Positions 50,811-64,000 are shown, numbered from the stretch's first letter. The stretch: 64,000 nucleotides of DNA from Haliotis rubra (GCF_003918875.1 NW_025765647.1:1550001-1614000), one strand, 5' to 3'. Numbers and translations are program-made. The notes: generated by a model not told the origin, from the letters alone.

Positions 50811-52033
50811 ATCCTGTCACATATTTTCAATGCATGTACTCTTTGATTGATTTATGTTAGAGAGACACAACAGAGATTATTATCAGACAGCATCGATCCA
50901 TAATCAGTAAACGTAACTAGATGTTTCCCATTTTATTTCTAACACATTACTCCATTCCGTGCATGAAAATTAGGATATTAGAACAATATATCATCATTCT
51001 CATAGCCTTAAATGCGTCGACCTTACAGAATATGAAGAGACAATCACTGGATTCGACTGTCATGTACAGTAATTTTGTATGAATGTAATCATGAAATAGG
51101 TGACGTCATTCTAACCAAAGAAGACAACGTATTGAGTTTCGGTATCCTAAAGTCGTCGACACAACCATGCCCACTAGAAGGACGAAGGTCTATGGACACA
51201 TTTATCAGGGGAGAGTTGTTGCCTCTCCTGCAGAAACCACCGTGACACAAAGAGAAGACTTTGTTCTGGGTGATTAAAAGAAATTAAACAACTGTGGCAA
51301 CCTTTGGTGATGGGTGTGTCTACAGACAGTAAATCCCACAAAATGGACAAGCAACTGTATAGTTCTTGATATTGCTACGTAACGTTGGCCAAACCCGAAA
51401 TATATTCTGCTCACAACACCGCATGTTTCCGGATTTGAAATTTGAACAAAGAGAACTGATGCCTGAAATTCTGGCAAAATTCGTGAACAAAATGCTTCCA
51501 AACAGTTTCAATAACGTTTCAGATTTCAGGAAATTTAAAGAAATCCTTTATTGCACGAATACAATTTCATCCAGACTCACTGTACTGCTACATGTACGTC
51601 AAGAGATGCAAAAGGACTTTCTCTATTATTGATAATAACTACCTTCGTAAGCTATTCAATTATGGACTAAAATATTGCTTCTACATTTAGGGATAACAAC
51701 TTAATAATCATAATGGTTGCATGAGCATGGTTGTAGAAGCATTATAAGCCAAAGGTGGGCCCAAGAGAAAAAGAACCAGTACAATGTACAGTGTATTTCA
51801 CAGTGGGCTAAGAAAATGAATGATCTTGTCATTAGTAGATTACACAACTGCAATAGAGGAAACAGAAGGTGAATTAGCACATTCTGCCAACTGTCCCAAT
51901 ATTCACGTTTTCTGTATTCACAGAAGGTACATAAAACAAACGGATTTGATACCATGTGGATTCTCAAAAACTCAAAGGATTTACTTGAATGTTTTCAATC
52001 TCAGAAAACCGTGTTCAGTCCTGTCAAATAATA

Positions 52034-54077
52034 TACTCAGTCAAAAAAGAAACTTCACACTCGTTTGGAGGTCGATAAGTTGAACATACATGAAAAGAGG
52101 TTTTAAATAATGATTTTATTCCATTCCGTACCCATTAAGGACGGTATACCATAAAAATCATGTTCATAATGTAACCAGTTCCACCGGAAATGCTACGGAA
52201 ATGTAAGAGAGTAAAAATTGTCAGTTACAACTTGATGAAAGCATGTCAATAGCGCGTATGCCCTCCATGAGCGTTCACAACTGCGACGCAACGTCTCCTC
52301 ATGGATTGAATGATGCGTCTGAACACAGCTAGGGGGATGCGTCGCCATAATTGTACCAACATGGCACCAAGTTCCTGCAAATTCTGTGGAGGGTTCCTTA
52401 CTTGACGGAGTCTTCTGCCCAACACATCCCATACATGTTCTATGGGACTGAGGTCGGAAGACCTTGAGGGCCACTCCATGACATTGATGCCAGCATTCCT
52501 AAGACAATTCCGCGTTAAATTGGCCGTATAAGGTCTGGCATTATCGTGTTGGAATGTCAGACCTGGGCCATGAGCTGCCATGAATGGCAAGAGCTCTTGA
52601 ATAAGCACTTGATCCCTGTATCCTGCAGCAGTTAAGTTTTCCTTGAACGACAATCAGTCTGGAACGGGCAGGACCATTAAAAGCACCCCAAACCATAACA
52701 CTACCACCCCCAAAACGGTCCATTTCCTGCACACAACACTGGGCGTTGTGTTCACCGCGTCTCCTCCAATCGATCTCAAACTGTGCAAGTGGATGTTTTG
52801 TCAGACAACCTAATCACATTGTAAATCACCGATTTTATGCATTTGTATTTAAGAATCTGTCTTTGCAACTGTCAACAAAATAAACAGCAGAACGCAAACT
52901 GCTTGCAGACGGAGGAGCCAATGACCTGTAACAGAGGCAGTGTTGGGTCATAAAGGTCAATGCACGTGCAGTTCATGATAGTTACCTGTGCAATGCACAG
53001 TGATAGACCGTTTGGATCATTCACATTGACTACTTCTAGCTGCCATCATGAAAGCTTATTCAGATGATGCTAAACGTTTAATTAGAAATGTGTTGAATTT
53101 ATTTTAAAAGAGAGCAAACGTAGCAAAACCGATTTATAAGGTGTCGGATTACATGAAACGTACAACTTTTGCTCTTGGCATGAAAAAGAACATCGTGCTA
53201 AAAATTGAGAAAAATAAACCAACAACCAATAAACAAATCCTTGTACAAAATTAGGCATCCAAAGTTAGATTCTTTTGACATCAGGGTCATCAGAGATGTC
53301 ATTCGCCGGCTATTTGCTAGCAATGAACACCTCTTCATACCTGTCACGTGCATAGCTGACCTACATTGACGAACGTTGACCCAACACTGCCGCTGTTACA
53401 GTCCTCAAGAAGTGTCAAAAACTGAGCACAATCGGTTATAAACTCTGCCAACTGCAATCACTTCCCTGACTCTCCTCTTCACTGACTTAATGCGTCACAT
53501 TCTTGTCTCTTTTACAAAGATGTCAACAATGAGAGGAGAGTCAAGCATTTCACATATTGTTTAGTCGGCAAAGGACGTTGCAGTGAGAAATCGATTACGA
53601 TTTCGCAAATGTGTCGTCACACGTGGTCTGCCCGAACGAGGTCGGTCTGCTGTGGTGCCAGTTTTTTGGAGACGTGTCCGAAGATCATGGATAGTCCGTC
53701 GACTGCATCCATCAATCCTGGCAACGTCAGTGACCGACGTTCCTGTATTCAGCATGCCAATGGCACGTTCACGTTGAATGTTTGACAGTCGTGGCATTGC
53801 AAATCAACGGATAATTGACTGTAAGAACTTGTTTTACGAGATGTCACTCTACCGTGCTAACTTGGGCTCAATTGCACGTGTCTCATAAGGTCACGTGACT
53901 AGGAACACGAGATGTCCGCTCGCACGTGCTGCATGCTTGTGCACGTCGGAGTTGCTGTGTGTCATGATGTCTTTAACAACGCATTTACCCCTAATAATAA
54001 TAATAATAACTCTTGTATTTAGTTTCAAGAAAATATTTAGAAATTTATGAGTGTGAAGTTTCTTTTTTGACTGAGTG
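52034..54077 (-). mobile_element. Tc1 (DD34E) transposon with both TIRs, disrupted by ~790 bp of foreign sequence (52770-53560)
   Basis: 29-bp TIR (c/t)actcagtcaaaaaagaaacttcacactc, TA TSD; ORF pieces 53797-53561 (MPRLS..RSGRPR), 52732-52541 (FGGGSVMVWG), 52653-52246 (FQHDNARP..WPSRSSDLSPIEHVW..GGHTRY). Confidence 0.92.
52926..53401. mobile_element. MITE nested in the Tc1
   Basis: 25-bp TIR ctgtaacagaggcagtgttgggtca / tgacccaacactgccgctgttacag. Confidence 0.7.
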
Positions 54078-55062
54078 TATTTCAACGTCGTCCACCGCTA
54101 TCCCACTGAGGAAATATATAAGCAAAAGGTCATTTGAAGTTTACTGAGAAGACAATATGTGAAATGCTGGATTTCCTCGATGGTTTACATCTGCCTACAC
54201 CTTGGGGATGAAACATTTATAAAGCAGTAGAAGCATCCTCATGGGCACCAGTTGTACTCTCCCTCATTGCAGGTCTGTGTCTCAATGGATATGAATCTGA
54301 ATTTCTGCTCGTGTTGGCAAAACAAACAACAGGAATTTGGCCAAGGTGTTTAACTTAAGCTTCAGGGTATGTCGATGGTTCTGATATCGTTCAGTGACCA
54401 TCAGGTAGTTTATTCCTTTCCTCTGATTTACCCAACTGAACCTGAAATAAGGGCGGCATGTGAGTAAGCCTCAAGTGTTTCATCTTTAAATCTTTGCAAA
54501 CAGATTCGTAGCGACAAAAAGCTGTATGACAAAAAGAATATTTGCTAAAAAAACCATTGTTTCCAAGTTGAAAGAAATAATTTAATCTAGAAATCTATAC
54601 ACAAACGATTTAAACGTGAACGAAACCAACAAACAACAAAGAATTAACATATGTTCGTGTTTCATGAGAAAACATAAATGATATAAAAATGCCAAGAAAA
54701 TATTATCTTTACTCATTTTGGAATTTGTACAAAAGATGTTGAATTATTATTCCAAATAGAAAATAGTACTGGTAAGGTTGAAAGAAAAAAATCAGGATCA
54801 AAGATCATGGTTATAACCAATGCAAATCAGAACGTGTACTGTGTATATGTATTGTTCACAACGCTATTGTGATGAATTAAAACTAATCTGTAACAAATAC
54901 AGATCTGATTCTACCTTTACTGAGGCTGAAAGAAATCACATGTATTCAAACAAAGCTATCCTTTCGTCAGTAATCAGTCTTGCAATAGTGTGAGGAGGAC
55001 CCATTAGACTGGCTGGATTCGTTATTCGATGGTTATCCTCATGTTTGTTGCCTTCAATTTGT

Positions 55063-58000
55063 CTACCAGTTGCTGATTCTGTTACGAGCTTTTCTTCCTC
55101 TACATTTGTCCAAGAGGAAGAGGGTGATGAACACCAGGAATTCCGCGATCTCTGCGACTGTCAGCATGCTGGCTCCAAGACACAGACACATCTGACCCCC
55201 GATATTCGCTGCAACAACAACACCATTGCCTGAACATCTACATCGACATAAGGAACTCCAAAATATCAAGACGACTCCCCGTACCCTGTAGAGTGATACG
55301 AAAAAGTATGCTTTAAATATACTTCTCTTCTTAAAATTATTTCTGACTCTGGATACGTTTCGACTATTCCCGTGAAGATCGGATTTAACTTGGTCTCCAG
55401 CAAACCATGCTTGTCATAATGGGCGACTAACAGGATCGTGTGGTCAGGGTGGGTGACTTTTGACACATGTCATCGTATCCCAGTTGCGTAGATGCCAATG
55501 ATGTTGACCACTGGATTGTCTGGTCCAGACTAGATTATTTACAGACTGCTGTCATATAGCTGGAATATTGCTGAGTGTGGCGTTGAACAAAACAATAAAC
55601 CAACACACAAATAAACAAAAGTTTCGACTCGGTGTGTGTAAGTTTGTTTTGACACTATTTCGTTTTCATTTGAGGTGAGGTGAGGTGAGATTGGGTTTAA
55701 CGTCGTGCTTGAGAACATTTCGCTCATATGACGACGTGCATGCGTGTGTATGTGTATGTACGGCTGCTTGTACTAGCCCGGCGGAAACTGGTTTTATAGT
55801 GCTAGCCCACTGAGATACCATGCCGCAGTGAAGCATGAATATCCCACTCAGACACATTATACTGACTCCAAGCCGACCAGTCCTTGTTGTACCCATTAAT
55901 GCCGAGCGCCAGACAGGGACCAACAAGTACCATATTTTAACGTCATTTGGTATGACGCGGTCGGGGAAGTTTTCAGTTGAACATTAAGGACACGAATATG
56001 ATTTTCATAATCGAAAACTCAAGATGCCAATGCAGTACTAGGTTCTCGCTGTCAAACAATACTATTCGGCTAAGATATATGGCACTTACAAAAAAGCGAG
56101 GCTGCTGTGTATTGAGGTTGCTGTGTGATGGTTGTCACCATCATCTGGTCGTAGAACACTCTCAGTACCACGAAGTTCTCTCTGAATCAAAGACATCATG
56201 AAGTATTTGTCCATCTACTACCCAGTGTGATGGGAGTAATACTGCCGCCATTTTGAAAATTTACATGTGCGTCTTTTGTGCTTTCGGTCCATCTCATCAA
56301 CCTTTTTCTTTTCTGAACCTTTCATGAAGGACTTTCCATTGTGCTACATATTCCCATTAGAACATAAAGAATTACATTTTACAAAACAACAACATTACGC
56401 TGCTTTAGATGTACGGCTGATACTGAGTATTCAATGCCCTGGGCGCTGTTTCAAACGAATAGAAGACTGAAACATTGGTTTGAAACACAAATGTATCACA
56501 TTTCCTTCGCATCCATAGATTGAAATAAACAATAGTTGTTTATGACATTTTTGTTACGGAAACAGAGACTAGATCACGTTTCTCAAAGCAATCTTGGAGC
56601 TACAATGAATGTACGTCCATGTGAAAGTATGGATGTTATGGTCACCCAAGCGCTAAGATCGCTCTCTGGAACGAGGCCTTGGTCCACGCGGAAGTCTTAC
56701 GTCATGGCCTCTTTGTCCTGTGCCCCTCTGGTCTTCAGGAGGTGGTTGATCCAGACCTTTGCTGGGAATGAGCTAGAGGACACCTGGGCAGTGTAACTGT
56801 CAAACTTGCACTCGCTGACACACCCACATCCCTCCAGGAAGTTAGCTTTGCTGGACTCTGCATCTTGTGAAAAGACACGACAAAACCCGTTCCACATCAA
56901 TGAGACGTCTTTGCTAAAAGCAGGGTCGATTGTACAATTCTGACCATACCGTGAGTATCTGTTTCTTTGACGCCACATTCAGCAGTATTATGGCTGTATC
57001 CAGCATCCAGCAAATGATTACACAGTGTAACACGTTTTGGATATTTCCACATATAATATACCACGATAGAAGAGGTCTCACCTCATTGTAAAAGACTACC
57101 GTTATCGGTAAATTCCTAGTCCCGTATACTCACCAAGAATGGGCTTGTAACAACTATCCTCTCTGGTCAATGAACACAAAGGACCACCCCCTGCAATATA
57201 AATCTGTAAATGTGATTGTTACGCAACCATTCCTTCACGGAGCACTACCATTTCCGTCACGAGATAGAAAGAAAGGAATTAATTATATTTTTTTACTACA
57301 GAATTCCATTGAATAAAAAAATACTGAAATACACGTGCGATGAAATCGTTTTGAAAATGAGTTAATAACTTACGTGGATCAGAAGGTCCGACACATCCAC
57401 ACTGGTCGAAGGCCTTGGTCTGGACACACTCCATGACGCAATGGTGAAAGGTGTAAGGGGAGTAGTACTTGAGAGGATTCACAAACTTGGGACTAGTTGT
57501 GTCCACACAGTCCACGTGATCAAACGCCATGTAGGGAAGCGGTTGGTAGACATACTACAAACAAAGCTTCACGTTATTTGTGTTTAGTACGAAATCACCT
57601 TATTGAAATGTAGGACTTAATTGCACAATGCTATGGTTAGCTTACACAGATAATATACTAGTGCTCAAAAGAAAGTATACAGTGTGTTGACCAAACTTTG
57701 ACCAAACGCATAATAATGAACATCTGCTAATTTCAATAGAGCATTCAATTTTACAGCAAATATACACAATTTCATTTCATACAAAGTCGAGGTACCGTTT
57801 GACTGACACTGAAAGACGCGTGGTATCATAGTGTGAACTTTACACAAATGAACAAAACACGTCAATGCATTGATGACATAAGACGACGGATGACGTTAGA
57901 CGTGATCCGTTGCCATTCCTCTTGGAGACCTTGTTCCAGTTGTTGAGCGGTGACAGGTGGCGCTGGTAGTCTTCTGATTTGTCGATCCAGGTAGTCCCAT

Positions 58001-58417
58001 AAGTGTTCCATCGGATTCATGTCGGGAGAACATGCTTGCAACGTCAAGACAACGATGTTAGCGTTGTGGCGAAAGTCGTTTGTCAACTTTGCTGTATGAG
58101 GCCTTACGTTATCGTGCAATGCCACGTGGTTGTTGCTAGATAATCGCAACACAACTGGTCGCAAAAGTTCATCCCCGTATCTTCGAGCATTCAGATTGCC
58201 ATGAGTAATTATTAGTCTCGTTTTGAGATCGCAGGAATAATGAAGGAATGCGCAGGGAAGTTATTCACTTCGAAACACAGCCCCAACGATGTTTGCTTGA
58301 ATATTCATACGTACTGACCTCATATTTTTTCATGGAGACATATGTGGAGAAGCCGGATGCCACCATCACAATGGTGGAGCCAGCGTCTGGGTGGACAGAT
58401 GGATCATGGAGAAATAC
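55063..58417 (-). CDS. DEG/ENaC paralogue C, exons 3-8 (58417-58319, 57554-57374, 57190-57134, 56863-56701, 56181-56090, 55208-55063); complete exons 1-2 not in the window
   Basis: Same exon sizes and phases as A (99, 181, 57, 163, 92, 146 nt), open frame, TM2 SNIGGQMCLCLGASMLTVAE. Confidence 0.88.
55368..55592 (+). mobile_element. Family A element in intron 7 of C
   Basis: Family A match. Confidence 0.85.
55672..55966 (-). mobile_element. Family B SINE, 5'-truncated
   Basis: Family B match. Confidence 0.88.
57862..58235 (-). mobile_element. Tc1 transposase catalytic-domain fragment in intron 3 of C
   Basis: LHDNVRPHTAK...CSPDMNPMEHLWDYLDRQIR...LQEEWQRI. Confidence 0.85.
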
Positions 58418-61400
58418 CTGCATGTATACACAACATTTCCTCAAAGCCAATTCTATATTGATGTGCAGATATAAAGATCAAAGGCATCAAAGCTAATAGT
58501 CTTATCCATACACATTGCAAAAATGATTGCAGCTGTTATGATTATTCATCCCAACATAGCAACTTAAATTCATATCATAATTGTGTTTTGTCTCTGCAGG
58601 CGCACCATACTGCAAATTTTCAATTTTTCACACACTGTTCGTACAACTCGTTGTTTATAAATACATATGGGAGAAGCAATTAACTGACAACTGTTCATAG
58701 AAGGCACTGAGACTTGTCACTGAGGGCCATTGCAAGAGAGCTGGTTGTCATTCGTCAATCAGCCGATTTACCACAAAACATAAGGATTCTTAGGATCACA
58801 AGAGCTCATCCTCTCATGTCACGTGGCGTGTTAAACAGAGAGTCTTTTGTCCAACAGAACGGTCCGAAATCGCCCTAAAATCGGCCGGATCAGGAGCTAA
58901 AAGACCTATCAGACGTCCAAGAGCACAAAACAGCGGGGGTTTGGCGGGGGGTTCATTGATGGTCTCATAGGACTGTAAACGTGACCTTGCAACAATCAGA
59001 CAAAATCTGACTGGACAACGGTACGTGGCTGACATCCAAGACAAGGTTGTTGTGCCACATTTCGATAACCATCCCCTGAGTACAAGACCAGTCTTGGACG
59101 GCAGTGCTAGGCACGTGTCGTTGTTGATTTATAAGGCCAGCATGGTAACTGAGGAAGAAATCTGCCAAAACCATTCCACGGTGCTATCAACATTTAGCTT
59201 GGCATGTTCATTACTCGTTTGTAGTGAATTCAAAGGCTACATAAATATCCGTACAAAGAGAATTATATTGCTGGGTCCAGCAAATGTACCACCAAATCTC
59301 AGTCTAACCATAATCCTTCAAGAAAAGGTTTTCCCGATATTCACTGAGGGTATTTTAGACAAGCGGAATTAATACCATGTGGATTCTCAAAAACGCAAAG
59401 AATTTGCTTACAATTTTACAATCTCAGAAATGGACCAAGTTTAAACCACTATCCCACATAACAAACTTAAGGATCGAATACCTCCTTGATCCATGGGGCA
59501 TTCGTGAGTAAACGTCGTGAACACAGATATACCTACATATCTATCTTCAGAGGTTTAGGACAATTTGTCAAAACATGAAATCAAATGCCATTTGCAGTTC
59601 ATCGACAAAAAATATGTGAAATGCTTGACTCTCCTCTCATTGTTGACATCTTTGTAAAAGAGACAAGAATGTGACGCATTAAGTCAGTGAAGAGGAGAGT
59701 CAGGGAAGTAATTACAGTTGGCAGAGGTTATAACCGATTGTTCTCGGTTTTGACACTTCTTGAGGACTGAAAGGACAGGACTTTTAACGTCATTCCACCA
59801 AAGATATCAGTAGTACAACATGACTCGTTTCTTTCCATGTTTGTTTCTCTAAATTACCTACAGATTTTCGTTCTTTTTTTAGATTTGACATTTAATTATT
59901 CCTTGGGGATAAATTGATCCAGATAGAATAAGCTAGATGGATGAGCTCTTCCCGTACTACCGGAAGTTTCCACTCCAAATGAAAGTCGAGATCAATAAAG
60001 GGATGAAGCAGAATAATATGTGGTACATTACAAACTGATTTAACACTAATCACCTGAAATCACGGTTGTAAATGTTTCAGATAAGTAGATTTAATTGCAC
60101 AATTCTGAAGATGACCTTAAGAGGAATGTAAAACATCACAGCATCACCACCGCAAAATATATATCAGATTGTTTCAACACTTCAAAGTTGAACGATCTCA
60201 AGAAACGTTCAGATGGTGACTTTTCCAGTTATTTCGTTGCCCTAACTCAGGTACTTAGAGAACTTGTGATTTACCTTAATCCCTGCTGCCATGTTTGCTA
60301 CAAATGTGTAGTGATCCTGATTGGTGTTCATTAAGACCATGAGATTCTTGGAGTCACCCGCCTTCTTCACTTGGGCAATTTCACTGTCATTGAAGTTGAA
60401 ATACCTGCATGTATACACAACATTTCCTCAAAGCCAATTCTATATTGATGTGCAGATATAAAGATCAAAGGCATCAAAGCTAATAGTCTTATCCATACAC
60501 ATTGCAAAAATGATTGCAGCTGTTATGATTATTCATCCCAACATAGCAACTTAAATTCATATCATAATTGTGTTTTGTCTCTGCAGGCGCACCATACTGC
60601 AAATTTTCAATTTTTCACACACTGTTCGTACAACTCGTTGTTTATAAATACATATGGGAGAAGCAATTAACTGACAACTGTTCATAGAAGGCACTGAGAC
60701 TTGTCACTGAGGGCCATTGCAAGAGAGCTGGTTGTCATTCGTCAATCAGCCGATTTACCACAAAACATAAGGATTCTTAGGATCACAAGAGCTCATCCTC
60801 TCATGTCACGTGGCGTGTTAAACAGAGAGTCTTTTGTCCAACAGAACGGTCCGAAATCGCCTAAAATCGGCCGGATCAGGAGCTAGAAGACCTATCAGAC
60901 GTCCAAGAGCACAAAACAGCGGGGGTTTGGCGGGGGGTTCATTGATGGTCTCATAGGACTGTAAACGTGACCTTGCAACAATCAGACAAAATCTGACTGG
61001 ACAACGGTACGTGGCTGACATCCAAGACAAGGTTGTTGTGCCTCATTTCGATAACCATCCCCTGAGTACAAGACCAGTCTTGGGCGGCAGTGCTAGGCAC
61101 GTGTCGTTGTTGATTTATAAGGCCAGCATGGTAACTGAGGAAGAAATCTGCCAAAACCATTCCACGGTGCTATCAACATTTAGCTTGGCATGTTCATTAC
61201 TCGTTTGTAGTGAATTCAAAGGCTACATAAATATCCGTGCAAAGAGAATTATATTGCTGGGTCCAGCAAATGTACCACCAAATCTCAGTCTAACCATAAT
61301 CCTTCAAGAAAAGGTTTTCCCGATATTCACTGAGGGTATTTTAGACAAGCGGAATTAATACCATGTGGATTCTCAAAAACGCAAAGAATTTGCTTACAAT

Positions 61401-64000
61401 TTTACAATCTCAGAAATGGACCAAGTTTAAACCACTATCCCACATAACAAACTTAAGGATCGAATACCTCCTTGATCCATGGGGCATTCGTGAGTAAACG
61501 TCGTGAACACAGATATACCTACATATCTATCTTCAGAGGTTTAGGACAATTTGTCAAAACATGAAATCAAATGCCATTTGCAGTTCATCGACAAAAAAAT
61601 ATGTGAAATGCTTGACTCTCCTCTCATTGTTGACATCTTTGTAAAAGAGACAAGAATGTGACGCATTAAGTCAGTGAAGAGGAGAGTCAGGGAAGTAATT
61701 GCAGTTGGCAGAGGTTATAACCGATTGTTCTCGGTTTTTGACACTTCTTGAGGACTGAAAGGACAGGACTTTTTAACGTCATTCCACCAAAGATATCAGT
61801 AGTACAACATGACTCGTTTCTTTCCATGTTTGTTTCTCTAAATTACCTACAGATTTTCGTTCTTTTTAGATTTGACATTTAATTATTCCTTGGGGATAAA
61901 TTGATCCAGATAGAATAAGCTAGATGGATGAGCTCTTCCCGTACTACCGGAAGTTTCCACTCCAAATGAAAGTCGAGATCAATAAAGGGATGAAGCAGAA
62001 TAATATGTGGTACATTACAAACTGATTTAACACTAATCACCTGAAATCACGGTTGTAAATGTTTCAGATAAGTAGATTTAATTGCACAATTCTGAAGATG
62101 ACCTTAAGAGGAATGTAAAACATCACAGCATCACCACCGCAAAATATATCAGATTGTTTCAACACTTCAAAGTTGAACGATCTCAAGAAACGTTCAGATG
62201 GTGACTTTTCCAGTTATTTCGTTGCCCTAACTCAGGTACTTAGAGAACTTGTGATTTACCTTAATCCCTGCTGCCATGTTTGCTACAAATGTGTAGTGAT
62301 CCTGATTGGTGTTCATTAAGACCATGAGATTCTTGGAGTCACCCGCCTTCTTCACTTGGGCAATTTCACTGTCATTGAAGTTGAAATACCTGCATGTATA
62401 CACAACATTTCCTCAAAGCCAATTCTATATTGATGTGCAGATATAAAGATCAAAGGCATCAAAGCTAATAGTCTTATCCATACACATTGCAAAAATGATT
62501 GCAGCTGTTATGATTATTCATCCCAACATAGCAACTTAAATTCATATCATAATTGTGTTTTGTCTCTGCAGGCGCACCATACTGCAAATTTTCAATTTTT
62601 CACACACTGTTCGTACAACTCGTTGTTTATAAATACATATGGGAGAAGCAATTAACTGACAACTGTTCATAGAAGGCACTGAGACTTGTCACTGAGGGCC
62701 ATTGCAAGAGAGCTGGTTGTCATTCGTCAATCAGCCGATTTACCACAAAACATAAGGATTCTTAGGATCACAAGAGCTCATCCTCTCATGTCACGTGGCG
62801 TGTTAAACAGAGAGTCTTTTGTCCAACAGAACGGTCCGAAATCGCCTAAAATCGGCCGGATCAGGAGCTAGAAGACCTATCAGACGTCCAAGAGCACAAA
62901 ACAGCGGGGGTTTGGCGGGGGGGTTCATTGATGGTCTCATAGGACTGTAAACGTGACCTTGCAACAATCAGACAAAATCTGACTGGACAACGGTACGTGG
63001 CTGACATCCAAGACAAGGTTGTTGTGCCTCATTTCGATAACCATCCCCTGAGTACAAGACCAGTCTTGGGCGGCAGTGCTAGGCACGTGTCGTTGTTGAT
63101 TTATAAGGCCAGCATGGTAACTGAGGAAGAAATCTGCCAAAACCATTCCACGGTGCTATCAACATTTAGCTTGGCATGTTCATTACTCGTTTGTAGTGAA
63201 TTCAAAGGCTACATAAATATCCGTGCAAAGAGAATTATATTGCTGGGTCCAGCAAATGTACCACCAAATCTCAGTCTAACCATAATCCTTCAAGAAAAGG
63301 TTTTCCCGATATTCACTGAGGGTATTTTAGACAAGCGGAATTAATACCATGTGGATTCTCAAAAACGCAAAGAATTTGCTTACAATTTTACAATCTCAGA
63401 AATGGACCAAGTTTAAACCACTATCCCACATAACAAACTTAAGGATCGAATACCTCCTTGATCCATGGGGCATTCGTGAGTAAACGTCGTGAACACAGAT
63501 ATACCTACATATCTATCTTCAGAGGTTTAGGACAATTTGTCAAAACATGAAATCAAATGCCATTTGCAGTTCATCGACAAAAAAAATATGTGAAATGCTT
63601 GACTCTCCTCTCATTGTTGACATCTTTGTAAAAGAGACAAGAATGTGACGCGATTAAGTCAGTGAAGAGGAGAGTCAGGGAAGTAATTGCAGTTGGCAGA
63701 GGTTATAACCGATTGTTCTCGGTTTTTGACACTTCTTGAGGACTGAAAGGACAGGACTTTTTAACGTCATTCCACCAAAGATATCAGTAGTACAACATGA
63801 CTCGTTTCTTTCCATGTTTGTTTCTCTAAATTACCTACAGATTTTCGTTCTTTTTAGATTTGACATTTAATTATTCCTTGGGGATAAATTGATCCAGATA
63901 GAATAAGCTAGATGGATGAGCTCTTCCCGTACTACCGGAAGTTTCCACTCCAAATGAAAGTCGAGATCAATAAAGGGATGAAGCAGAATAATATGTGGTA
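58411..64000. repeat. Intragenic tandem repeat of ~1986 bp (units start 58411, 60398, 62383; at least 2.8 copies) covering intron 2 of paralogue C and parts of exons 2 and 3; each unit has Tc1 (~58740-59140) and Penelope-like RT (~59230-59660) remnants
   Basis: Units near-identical; junction ...tgaagttGAAatacctg joins exon 2 sequence to the exon 3 start. Confidence 0.96.
60275..60404 (-). other. Chimeric 130-nt exon (exon 3 acceptor plus 3' end of exon 2); second copy at 62260-62389
   Basis: gcag|GTATTTCAACTTCAATGA...GGGATTAAG|gtaaat; the exon 2 frame reads FNFNDSEIAQVKKAGDSKNLMVLMNTNQDHYTFVANMAAGIK. Confidence 0.8.

Larger units (their letters stand above)
51560..54535 (+). mobile_element. 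Highly degenerate Penelope-like reverse transcriptase remnant, interrupted by a Tc1
   Basis: MWILKNSKDLL (~51954); after the Tc1: ICEMLDFL, MGTSC, LNGYESEF, LAKVFNLSFR, IYPTE, LYDK. Confidence 0.65.

Noticed and set aside
59025-59372. 115-aa ORF repeated three times
   Set aside because: It starts in a Tc1 remnant and runs out of frame into a Penelope-like remnant; it is repeated only because of the 2-kb array

Overview
AT-rich, intron-containing animal genomic DNA. The repeat families suggest a gastropod mollusc, plausibly abalone (inference). There are no prokaryotic features, CRISPR arrays, rRNA or intact tRNA genes. Genes: GEMIN8 on + (3 coding exons, 7727-11358, ~355 aa), convergent with a tandem array of three DEG/ENaC (ASIC-like) channel paralogues on -. 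Paralogue A (16919-23146, 8 coding exons, 477 aa) is intact. B (34395-40534) lies in a ~17.5-kb tandem duplicate of the A region and has one +1 frameshift. C (55063 to beyond the window end) is more diverged and carries a ~1986-bp intragenic tandem amplification that builds chimeric exons with premature stops. The rest is dense with mobile DNA: three short retroelement families, Tc1 remnants, a deleted MULE, MITEs, a Helentron-type element, Penelope-like RT remnants, Gypsy and Ginger-like integrase fragments, and a 42-bp minisatellite. The most striking non-coding signal is a compact HDV-like ribozyme fold at 49512-49571, starting exactly at an insertion boundary. The most abundant short repeat in the window has no tRNA head and starts with what looks like the P1/P2 pseudoknot of that ribozyme with the catalytic core removed. 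Exon boundaries and alignments were read by eye; family names rest on recalled motifs, not database searches.
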